Translations under genes and position numbers: made by a program
Notes under the pieces: generated by a model
Databases searched by the model: none
Told to the model about the DNA's origin: nothing
Seen by the model: only the letters and a program-made list of their open reading frames with translations
Part shown: piece by piece, positions 33,754 through 41,624 of the stretch
How positions within the stretch are numbered: the stretch's first letter is position 1
How the letters are laid out: each line of letters opens with the position of its first letter
From: a virus
Lineage: Duplodnaviria; Caudoviricetes
Direction: 5' to 3' (one strand)
Virus record (IMG/VR): IMGVR_UViG_3300037313_000201
Span: 1 to 42,836 of that record
DNA length: 42,836 bases

Positions 33754-33968
33754 TGGGCCGCGACGGATCGTTCAGCGAGACGTTCATTCTGCGGAGTGAG
33801 CACAAGCGCGTACTGGAAAATGCGCAGCAGCGCGGCGACCAGCACGCAAAAGCCGAGTTCAAGCGCGGGTACTGGCAAGGTATCGCGCAAACAGTGTGGA
33901 TCGTCGGTTTCGTGGCGCTGTTCGCGCTCGTAATCGGCTTTAATGTGGGGGCAGAGTTAGTACAGTGA
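33753..33968 (+). CDS. Tail-anchored membrane protein
   Basis: SD AAGGA. C-terminal TM VWIVGFVALFALVIGFNVG. Confidence 0.55.
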   Translation: MGRDGSFSETFILRSEHKRVLENAQQRGDQHAKAEFKRGYWQGIAQTVWIVGFVALFALVIGFNVGAELVQ

Positions 33969-34345
33969 GTTACGGGCAACAACTCAACATTTTCAAGGCG
34001 CAGTCGAACCGGTACGGGCCGGATTGGCGTGGCGTGATCGTGTGCGAAAGCCGACCGCAGCTAGACATAGCCGCGAGGGACGCTGTGGACGCGCTTGGTG
34101 GCAGTTACAGCCCCGCAGGGCAGACATTGCACATGCCGAACGGCTCCACGCTGCTGTTCCGTGTGGTTTCATGCCGCATGGAAGCCGAGCGGGTGTTCAG
34201 CGGACGCGAGTTCACACAAATTTCATGGCTGTACCGCCCGACCGGCGATCATGCCGAGTACCTAATCGACAGGGCGCGAGCGCAACTGCGGTCCCGTAGC
34301 GTTCCTGCCGCCGATTGGCGGTACGAATACTGCATGGTGCGCTAA
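33965..34345 (+). CDS. Degenerate paralogue of the terL ATPase subdomain
   Basis: Aligns by eye to terL residues ~58-155. Lacks Walker A, and the Walker B DE is replaced. Confidence 0.7.
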   Translation: MSYGQQLNIFKAQSNRYGPDWRGVIVCESRPQLDIAARDAVDALGGSYSPAGQTLHMPNGSTLLFRVVSCRMEAERVFSGREFTQISWLYRPTGDHAEYLIDRARAQLRSRSVPAADWRYEYCMVR

Positions 34346-34485
34346 TGGTAAAGCTGTTCCTTATCGCATCGGCGCTGCTGAACTTCATGTTGCTCGCCGC
34401 ACTGGCGCAACCGGAAATACAGGCCGCGTCGGATCGCATTTGTGTACCGCTGTACAATGAAACTGGCTACGAGTGTTGCCAGTGA
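34345..34485 (+). CDS. Small secreted or membrane-anchored Cys peptide (46 aa, not in ORF track)
   Basis: MVKLFLIASALLNFMLLAALAQPEIQAASDRICVPLYNETGYECCQ, coupled at both ends. Confidence 0.55.
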   Translation: MVKLFLIASALLNFMLLAALAQPEIQAASDRICVPLYNETGYECCQ

Positions 34486-34664
34486 GGCAGTGTTCGGCCT
34501 GTAATCGAAAACCGTGCGTTTGTAACGACGCAAACGGGCCTAAGCAGCCGTACGAGGAACCGTGCGATCATGATTACGACGAGGACGAGGACGCGGCTGA
34601 GTTCGTTTGCGTACTTTGTGGTGATCGTGAGCCTATGCCTCTTGATCGGATAATGCGTCAGTAA
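34482..34664 (+). CDS. Small acidic Cys-rich (Zn) protein
   Basis: CSAC..PCVC, CDH and CVLCG motifs. TAATG coupling to terL. Confidence 0.55.
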   Translation: MRQCSACNRKPCVCNDANGPKQPYEEPCDHDYDEDEDAAEFVCVLCGDREPMPLDRIMRQ

Positions 34665-36169
34665 TGGACGAGGAGGCGCAAACCTCTGTATTTACTCCAT
34701 GGGAGCCGCAACCGGGGCCGCAAAGTCTCGCAATCGCCGCGCATTTCGTCACCGAAATCATGTACGGTGGTGCACGTGGTGGCGGTAAGTCAGACTTCCT
34801 GCTTGGCGACTTCTTACAGGACGTGTGGCAGGGTGCGAAATGGCGCGGGATCATCTTCCGGCGTTCGCACCCGGAACTCGAAGAACTAATTACACGTGCG
34901 CAGGAAATTTACATTCCGCTAGGTGCGGTGTGGAAGGCCAGTAAGAGTACCTTCATCTTTCCGTCCGGTGCAACGCTCAAAATGCGCCACGTGGAAACGG
35001 AAGAGGACTGTAATAAGTATCAGGGCCACCAGTACACGTGGATCGGCTGGGACGAACTTACCAACTGGCCGAACCTTAAGTCGTACAAGAAGCTAAAGGC
35101 GTGTTTGCGCTCCGCAGGCAACGTCCCGAACAAGCGCATACGCTGTTCCGCCAACCCCGGCGGTGTCGGCCACCATGAAGTCAAAGAGTACTTTGTGGAC
35201 CCGGCACCGAAGGGCATGGAACTCATTACGAATACCGACGAGGACGGGTTCCAGACGACGAAAATGTTCATCCCGTCGCGGGTGTACGACAACAAGAAAT
35301 TGCTAGACAACGATCCGGGGTACATTGCACGTTTGCGCGAGATTGGTTCGCCCGAACTCGTACGTGCATGGTTGGAAGGTGACTGGAATGTTATTACTGG
35401 TGCTTACTTTCCTGAGTTTAGTACTGCTAAGCATGTGCTTGAGCCTTTTGAGATACCGGGTCACTGGCTCCGATTTAAGAGTGCTGATTGGGGTACTGCT
35501 TCTCCTTTTTGTGTACTGTGGCACGCTGTCAGCGACGGCTATCAAGTACCGGGTGGACCGTTTATCCCATCTGGTGCAATCGTTACGTACCGTGAGTTCT
35601 ACGGATGGAACGGACACGCTAATCAGGGATTAAGGTGGCCCGCCGCGCGTGTCGCGCAGAACGTCGTAAAGATGGAAACTGCCGCCAACGAGAATGTTCC
35701 TACCAGTCCGGTGCGCGTAACCTACGGTGTGATCGATCCTGCCGCGTACAAGCAAGACGGCGGCCCCTCGGTTGCTGAAAGTATGGCCGTTAACGGTGCG
35801 TACTTCCGCAAGGCGGACAATCAGCGCATCAACGGTTGGAACCAAGTACGCGAGCGTCTGTGCGGAGAGGACGGCGACCCTGAAAAGGATAACGGCGTCG
35901 GCACTCCTATGTGGTATGTGTTTAAAACATGTACGCATATCATCCGTACACTACCGGCGTTGCAACATGATATAAACAACCCGGAAGATTGCGATACGGA
36001 CGGCGAGGATCACGCCCCGGATGCGCTGCGCTACGGCCTCATGTCGCGCCCGTGGAAGAGGAAGAAACCGGCGAACGATCCTCTGCCACCAAAGACCTTG
36101 CAGAATATCACTATGAATGACATTTGGGAAGCAACCGATGCGCGGGATACCGCGTACTCGCAGATTTAG
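34664..36169 (+). CDS. terL: Terminase large subunit
   Basis: PQPGPQ, GGARGGGKS, WIGWDEL, SANPGG, SADWG and EDHAPDALRYG motifs. Confidence 0.95.
   Translation: MDEEAQTSVFTPWEPQPGPQSLAIAAHFVTEIMYGGARGGGKSDFLLGDFLQDVWQGAKWRGIIFRRSHPELEELITRAQEIYIPLGAVWKASKSTFIFPSGATLKMRHVETEEDCNKYQGHQYTWIGWDELTNWPNLKSYKKLKACLRSAGNVPNKRIRCSANPGGVGHHEVKEYFVDPAPKGMELITNTDEDGFQTTKMFIPSRVYDNKKLLDNDPGYIARLREIGSPELVRAWLEGDWNVITGAYFPEFSTAKHVLEPFEIPGHWLRFKSADWGTASPFCVLWHAVSDGYQVPGGPFIPSGAIVTYREFYGWNGHANQGLRWPAARVAQNVVKMETAANENVPTSPVRVTYGVIDPAAYKQDGGPSVAESMAVNGAYFRKADNQRINGWNQVRERLCGEDGDPEKDNGVGTPMWYVFKTCTHIIRTLPALQHDINNPEDCDTDGEDHAPDALRYGLMSRPWKRKKPANDPLPPKTLQNITMNDIWEATDARDTAYSQI
35388..35633 (+). CDS. Overprinted 81-aa two-TM membrane protein inside terL (+1 frame)
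   Basis: SD GGAAGGTGA 5 nt before ATG. T-ending terL codons are concentrated under the two hydrophobic segments. Confidence 0.65.
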   Translation: MLLLVLTFLSLVLLSMCLSLLRYRVTGSDLRVLIGVLLLLFVYCGTLSATAIKYRVDRLSHLVQSLRTVSSTDGTDTLIRD

Positions 36170-36183
36170 GGGTAGGGGGACAC

Positions 36184-38448
36184 ATGGCACGTAAGGCGAC
36201 CGCGAAGGCGGAAGGTACCGCTGCAAGTTCAACTGTCAGCAAGGCCGCTTACTGGCGCGAGCAGATCGCCAAGCAACAGAATGCGTATCAGGACTTCCAG
36301 ATGGGCGGCGACCGTGTAATCGACCGGTACCGCATCGAAAAGGCCAACGCGCAACAGTCGTCGCTACAGGACCGGTACAACATGCTGTACTCGTCCACCG
36401 AAACCATGCGCCCGTCCCTGTACGCACAGACCCCGAAAGTGCAGGTAACGAAGCGCCACCGCGACCGTAAGCAACCGGTCGTTCAGCAGGCCGTGGACCT
36501 GTTGGAAACCACCGTGGCATACGCGGTCGAGGAAATCGACTTCGATGAAGTCATGGAGAACGTTGTCGAGGATTACTTGCTCCCCGGCCTCGGCTTTGCG
36601 TGGGTTCGGTACGAACCGACGTTCAAAGATCAAGTGGACAGCAGCGGAAAGGCTGTCAACGACAATCAGGGCAAGCCAGCGCAAGTTCTCGACGCGGAGA
36701 ACGTTCACGTCGATTACATTTCGTGGAAGGACGCGCTGTTCGGCCCGTGTCGTACGTTCAAAGAACTGCCGTGGGCCGCCAAGCGCGTGTACATGGGCAA
36801 AACAAAGGTCGCTACGCGCTTTGGAAACAAAATCGCCAACGCGTTGCAGTACGTGGACAACGCCGCGAATAAAAATGGCGACCGCTCTCCTGTTGTCGAG
36901 GACAAGCAGGCTGTCATTTGGGAGATTTGGGACAAGGACAGCCGAACTGTAATCTGGATTGCCGACGGGTACGATGATGTACTCGACGAAAAGGACGATC
37001 CGCTGCGGCTCAAGAAGTTTTGGCCGTTCCCGAAGCCGATGCGCGCCATTTCGAACACTCGTACGTTCGTGCCGCGTCCCTTCTACTCGCAGTACCAGTC
37101 GCAGGCGGAAGAACTCGACAACATTACGGCGCGTATCCGCCACCTTACGAACGCTTTGAACGTTCGCGGTGTGTTTGATGGTAGCGTGTCGCAGTTGCAA
37201 GCGCTGCTGTCGCCTACGGGCGGTAACAAGATGATCCCGGTCGAAAACTGGCATCAGTTCTTGGGGCAGTCCGGCGTGAACGGCGCAATTCAGTGGGTAC
37301 CGATCGATATGATCGTTAAGGTACTCATGGAACTGTACAAGGCGCGTGACGCTGCCAAGGCCGAAATTTACGAGATTACCGGTTTCTCGGATATCGTACG
37401 CGGGCTATCGAAGGCATCCGAAACGCTCGGCGCGCAGCAGATCAAACAGGATTGGGCTACCGGTCGCCTGCGGATCATGCAGAAAGAAGTACAGCGCTTC
37501 TGCCGCGATCTAATCCAGATCATAGCGGAAATTGCGGCTGAACATTTTTCGGAAGAGACGTTCGCGCTGTACAGCGGCTTCGACCTTCCGCCGCCACCGC
37601 CACCGCCGTCACCGCCACTACCGGGACAGCCCCCCGCACCGCCGCCGCCCGACCCGCGCGCTGTGGCCGTGCAACAGTTTCGGGCGGCGTTGGAACTGCT
37701 ACGGAAAGAGCGCGAGCGTTGCGCGAACATCGGGATCGAGACGGACAGTACTATTCTGCCCGACGAAGAGAACGAACGTAAGGCGCGTTTGGAGTTCCTA
37801 GGCCAAATTGGTGCGTTCATGCAGCAGGCCGCGCCTACCATACAGCAGTTCCCGCAAATGGCCGGGCTGCTAGGTGCGATGATGATGTTCAGCGTGCGCA
37901 GCTTCCGTGCGGCTAGACCGATTGAGGAAGAGTTCGAGAAGTTTCAGGAAGCGCTTGTCAGTAATCCACCACCGCCTGCCAACAAGGACGGCGACGGCAA
38001 GGCCGCTGCTGCGCAATCCGCAGTACAGGTAGCGCAGCTTAAAGAACAAGGCGCGGCTACCCGTCAACAGGCCGAACTGGCGCACAAGTCGCAAGAAAGC
38101 CAAGCCGACCGCGCACTGGAACTGCAAAAATTACAGGCGCAGGCCGCTGTCGAACAAACCAAGCTGGAAATCGCGCGAGTACAGCTTGAAATCAAGAAAG
38201 CCGAACTGGCGCTCAAACAGCAGGCCGCGAACGACCAAGCGGCGGGCGCTGCACAGGACCGCGCCTTGAAGGCCGACGATCAGGCCCACCGGCAGGAAAT
38301 GGAGCGCACAGGGGCCGCACAGGGCGCGTACGAGTTCGAGGCGACCGGCGCGCGGGACGACCAGCGGGCCGCCGAAGCCGGGGCGCGCGAGGATCGCCAG
38401 TTCGAGGCTCAGCAACAAAATCCACAGGAAAATTCGCCGGGGGGTTGA
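36184..38448 (+). CDS. Portal protein
   Basis: N.LYS..ET..P.LY..TPK, LLPGLG..WVRY, IYEITG.SDIVRG, TLGAQQIK, and a long Q/A-rich C-terminal barrel. Follows terL. Confidence 0.9.
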   Translation: MARKATAKAEGTAASSTVSKAAYWREQIAKQQNAYQDFQMGGDRVIDRYRIEKANAQQSSLQDRYNMLYSSTETMRPSLYAQTPKVQVTKRHRDRKQPVVQQAVDLLETTVAYAVEEIDFDEVMENVVEDYLLPGLGFAWVRYEPTFKDQVDSSGKAVNDNQGKPAQVLDAENVHVDYISWKDALFGPCRTFKELPWAAKRVYMGKTKVATRFGNKIANALQYVDNAANKNGDRSPVVEDKQAVIWEIWDKDSRTVIWIADGYDDVLDEKDDPLRLKKFWPFPKPMRAISNTRTFVPRPFYSQYQSQAEELDNITARIRHLTNALNVRGVFDGSVSQLQALLSPTGGNKMIPVENWHQFLGQSGVNGAIQWVPIDMIVKVLMELYKARDAAKAEIYEITGFSDIVRGLSKASETLGAQQIKQDWATGRLRIMQKEVQRFCRDLIQIIAEIAAEHFSEETFALYSGFDLPPPPPPPSPPLPGQPPAPPPPDPRAVAVQQFRAALELLRKERERCANIGIETDSTILPDEENERKARLEFLGQIGAFMQQAAPTIQQFPQMAGLLGAMMMFSVRSFRAARPIEEEFEKFQEALVSNPPPPANKDGDGKAAAAQSAVQVAQLKEQGAATRQQAELAHKSQESQADRALELQKLQAQAAVEQTKLEIARVQLEIKKAELALKQQAANDQAAGAAQDRALKADDQAHRQEMERTGAAQGAYEFEATGARDDQRAAEAGAREDRQFEAQQQNPQENSPGG

Positions 38449-38476
38449 CGATTTTCAACGGCCTTGGCTTCGGTAG
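38418..38476 (+). promoter_or_regulatory. Candidate late promoter for the head genes
   Basis: AAATCCACAG-17 nt-TTGACGATTTTCAACGG, matching the motif upstream of terS. Confidence 0.55.
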
Positions 38477-38517
38477 AAGCTACCGCAAGGGGAGCGGGGG
38501 CGCACGGGGGAGTTACA

Positions 38518-38904
38518 GTGTCGGGGTTTGACTTGTACGAGTTTCCAGCGGGACACGAAGGTCGCAAGACTTACGTATCCGTGCAAGGTCACTCCAAGTC
38601 GATCCCGGCACTGTACACTTACAAAGGTACTGACGGGCGCAACCATGTACTGCCGGAGTACGGCGGTACGGACGAGTACTTCGCCAAGGGTAGCGGGCCT
38701 ATGATTATGCCCGGTATCCAGTCGTTCCGTTCTCCCATTGACGGTACTGTGATCCACAGCCGCGCAGGCGTGCGCGAACATGAGCGTAAGCACAACGTAA
38801 TTCAAGTCGGTGACGATAAGTTCCCGACCCGTACCGAAGCGGCACCAATGCCCCGCGCCGGTTACGATATCAAGCGGGCGTTGGACACTGCTAGGAGCGC
38901 GTAA
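38518..38904 (+). CDS. Conserved hypothetical protein between portal and scaffold
   Basis: GTG with SD GGGGAG. PMIMP.I..FRSPIDGT.I.SR...REHE.KHN..QVG motif. Confidence 0.7.
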   Translation: MSGFDLYEFPAGHEGRKTYVSVQGHSKSIPALYTYKGTDGRNHVLPEYGGTDEYFAKGSGPMIMPGIQSFRSPIDGTVIHSRAGVREHERKHNVIQVGDDKFPTRTEAAPMPRAGYDIKRALDTARSA

Positions 38905-40082
38905 TGGACATTGATGTGGACCTGACTTCCGACATTAACGACGGTAGTCTTGATGCGGGTATTACCCCAGCGTCACCGGCTCCTGTCGGTACTGTCCCGG
39001 CCCACGGTACCGATGCGGTACACCAGAATGCGCAGGCTGGCGGGCAGCATGGCAATCATGCCCAACCTAAGCCCTCAGGTGAACGGCCCGCCAGCCTGCG
39101 CGACCAGCTAAGCGCCGCTTTCAAGGGCGAGGACGGCCAGCCTACCGACCAACAGAATGCGCAGCCGCGCGGGCCGGACGGTAAGTTTGCGCCGAAAGAG
39201 CCGGGGCAGCAGCCCGGTACAGAGGCACAGCCGGGGCAGCAGCCCGGTACAGAACAACAGGGTCAACAGCCCGCAGCCGTACAGGCTCCGCAGGGCATTG
39301 ATCCAGCAGTATTCGCGGCACTACCGGCGGAAACGCAACAGCACGTTGCGCGTACTATGGCAGCCGTCGAAGAACAAGCCGCACGTTACCGTGGGTACGA
39401 ACAGCTTGAACAGGTGATCGGCCAGCGCAGGCAGGCATGGGCCATGCAGGGCATGTCTGAGGCAACCGCCGTAAACCAGTTACTCGCTCTTTCGGACTTT
39501 GCCGGACGCGACCCTGCGCAGTTTGTGCAGTGGTTTTCCGGACAGCATGGTATCGACCTTGCCGCGCTAGCGGACCAAGGTGGCGGCGACGACGAGTACA
39601 TCGATCCTGCCGTACAGGAACTACGCCAACAGGTTGCGGACCTCACCGGTACCATTACCTCAATGACGCAGGGCCAGCAGGCAGCGCAGCATAAGAACCT
39701 TGTTGATTTCACCGCGCAGTTCGCGACGGAAGCGGGAGAGGACGGACAGCCCTTGCGCCCGTATTTCGCGGAACTCGGTAACGGTATTGTACCGTTCATT
39801 CAACAGGTGAAAGCCGAAAACCCGTCTGCGTCTCACAAGGACGTACTGAGCGAGGCGTACGAGCGGGCGTGTTGGGCTAACCCCCAAGTACGCCAAAAAC
39901 TGCTCGCCGCGCAGGATGCTCAGCGCCTTGCGGAACAGCGGGAACGGGCGGGCCGCGCTCAGCATGCGGGTAGCAGCGTTACGGGGCAGGCACCGGCAGC
40001 GGGTAGTACGCAGCCCAAGGACATTGGTTCCGGGTCCGTTCGGGATACCATTCGCGCTGCAATGGTGCAGCACTCCGTTTAA
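38904..40082 (+). CDS. Capsid scaffolding protein
   Basis: SLRDQL.AA, RGPDGKFA, AYERACWANP.VR, C-terminal SVRDTIRAAM. Precedes the MCP. Confidence 0.8.
   Translation: MDIDVDLTSDINDGSLDAGITPASPAPVGTVPAHGTDAVHQNAQAGGQHGNHAQPKPSGERPASLRDQLSAAFKGEDGQPTDQQNAQPRGPDGKFAPKEPGQQPGTEAQPGQQPGTEQQGQQPAAVQAPQGIDPAVFAALPAETQQHVARTMAAVEEQAARYRGYEQLEQVIGQRRQAWAMQGMSEATAVNQLLALSDFAGRDPAQFVQWFSGQHGIDLAALADQGGGDDEYIDPAVQELRQQVADLTGTITSMTQGQQAAQHKNLVDFTAQFATEAGEDGQPLRPYFAELGNGIVPFIQQVKAENPSASHKDVLSEAYERACWANPQVRQKLLAAQDAQRLAEQRERAGRAQHAGSSVTGQAPAAGSTQPKDIGSGSVRDTIRAAMVQHSV
39199..39254 (+). repeat. 30-bp-period tandem duplication (PGQQPGTE x2) in the scaffold
   Basis: agccggggcagcagcccggtacaga occurs twice, 30 bp apart. 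Confidence 0.8.
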
Positions 40083-40126
40083 CATCAATTACGTGGCGGG
40101 GGCCACGTGGGGGATAAGTACAAGAA

Positions 40127-41098
40127 ATGGCAACTCCGAACCTCTCGGAAATCGTCACCACGACGATTGAGGCGCGTAGCGGCAAGCTGGCCGATAACGT
40201 GTCGAAGAACCACGCGCTGCTCGACCGGCTCGAACGCAAGGGCAAGCGCAAGCCTGTCTCTGGCGGACGGCAGATCGTGCAGGAACTCGAATACGGCGAG
40301 AACGGCACGTTCGGATGGTACAGCGGCTACGACCCGCTGAACATTTCGCCGTCCGAAGTGTTCAGCGCGGCGCAGTACGACTGGAAACAGGCGTCTGTTG
40401 CCGTCAGCGTCAGCGGCCTCGAAGAACTGATGAACGCCGGCGAGGAACAGATCATCGATCTGCTGGAAAGCCGCATCGAAAACGCCGAACGTACCATGAA
40501 GAACCGCATGGGCGCCGCTGTGTACGCGGACGGCACCGGCAGCGGCGGCAAGGAAATTGGCGGCCTCGGCCTGCTTGTTCCCGACGCTCCGAACGCCGGT
40601 ACTGTCGGCGGTATCAATCGCGCGACGTGGGCTTTCTGGCGCAGCCAGAAGTTCGGCGGCGTGGCGGATGGTGGCGCGGCCATTACGACCGCGAACATCA
40701 TCACGTACATGAACCGGCTGTACCTGAACCTCGTGCGCGGTACCGACCGTCCCGATATCATCGTCGCGGACAACAACTACTACCGCACGTACATGGAAGC
40801 CCTGCAACCGCAGCAGCGCTTCACGAACGCCGAAATGGCGCAGGCGGGCTTCGAGAACTTGAAGTTCCAGAGCGCGGACGTGGTGTTCGACGGCGGTATC
40901 GGCGGCGCGTGCCCGGCGAACCACATGTTCTTCCTGAACACCGATTACATTTACCTTCGGCCGCACAGCAAGCGTCAGTACGTGCCGCTTGCACCGGATC
41001 GGTTCTCGACCAATCAGGACGCGATGGTGAAGCTGATCGGCTGGGCGGGTAACATGACCCTCTCGGGCGCGCAGTTCCAAGGCGTTCTGATCGCGTAA
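40127..41098 (+). CDS. Major capsid protein
   Basis: TTTIE.RSG.LADNV..N.ALL, WYSGYD.L, Y.DGTG..GK.I.GL and GGI.RA.W.FW motifs. Strong codon bias. Confidence 0.92.
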   Translation: MATPNLSEIVTTTIEARSGKLADNVSKNHALLDRLERKGKRKPVSGGRQIVQELEYGENGTFGWYSGYDPLNISPSEVFSAAQYDWKQASVAVSVSGLEELMNAGEEQIIDLLESRIENAERTMKNRMGAAVYADGTGSGGKEIGGLGLLVPDAPNAGTVGGINRATWAFWRSQKFGGVADGGAAITTANIITYMNRLYLNLVRGTDRPDIIVADNNYYRTYMEALQPQQRFTNAEMAQAGFENLKFQSADVVFDGGIGGACPANHMFFLNTDYIYLRPHSKRQYVPLAPDRFSTNQDAMVKLIGWAGNMTLSGAQFQGVLIA

Positions 41099-41114
41099 TC
41101 GCCCGGCTTCTCTC

Positions 41115-41140
41115 GTACAGGGGGCTTCGGCTCCCTGTAC
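41115..41140 (+). terminator. TTCG-capped hairpin after the MCP (attenuator/terminator)
   Basis: GTACAGGGGGC-TTCG-GCTCCCTGTAC, with a second short TTCG hairpin at ~41152. No strong U-tract. Confidence 0.5.
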
Positions 41141-41182
41141 ATCCTTCTTACGGGCTTCGGCCTAGAAAGTGAGTACGTTAAG

Positions 41183-41509
41183 ATGGGTATTCGTCCCGGT
41201 ACTGTCAATCCGGCTCTTGGGCTTCCGCTGTTCACCGACGTTGCCGATACGGTGGCGAACGGTGGCACCGGCCCCAAAGTCCCGCTCGGCACCATCACCA
41301 TCGGTTACGATGATGTGGCGGGCAAGAACAATGAGTACATTTATTTGCAGTCGCCTGCCGCAATCGTGGCTGGGGACGAAATGACGTACGACAACAACTT
41401 CCTCGGTACGGAAGTCGGCGCTGGCACCGGCCAAGTTACCGCAATCAACACGTCCGGCGCTAACCAGTTCACGTGGTTCCGCCTCAAGCGTCGTGGTGTG
41501 ATCGCCTAA
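41183..41509 (+). CDS. Capsid decoration/cement protein candidate
   Basis: Small beta-rich protein after the MCP with LGT...EYIYLQ...FTWF. Confidence 0.6.
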   Translation: MGIRPGTVNPALGLPLFTDVADTVANGGTGPKVPLGTITIGYDDVAGKNNEYIYLQSPAAIVAGDEMTYDNNFLGTEVGAGTGQVTAINTSGANQFTWFRLKRRGVIA

Positions 41510-41551
41510 CGATCTTTCGCGCTTGTGCCCTAGCAGGCAGCGCGTGAGCCT

Positions 41552-41586
41552 GAGGGGGAGTATTAGCCTTGGTACTCCCCCTCTTG
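41552..41586 (+). terminator. Hairpin/terminator after the decoration gene
   Basis: GAGGGGGAGTA/TACTCCCCCTC 11-bp stem. Confidence 0.5.
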
Positions 41587-41624
41587 TAATACAAGGCAAG
41601 GTTTCAACCAAGGAGTAATTCGCA

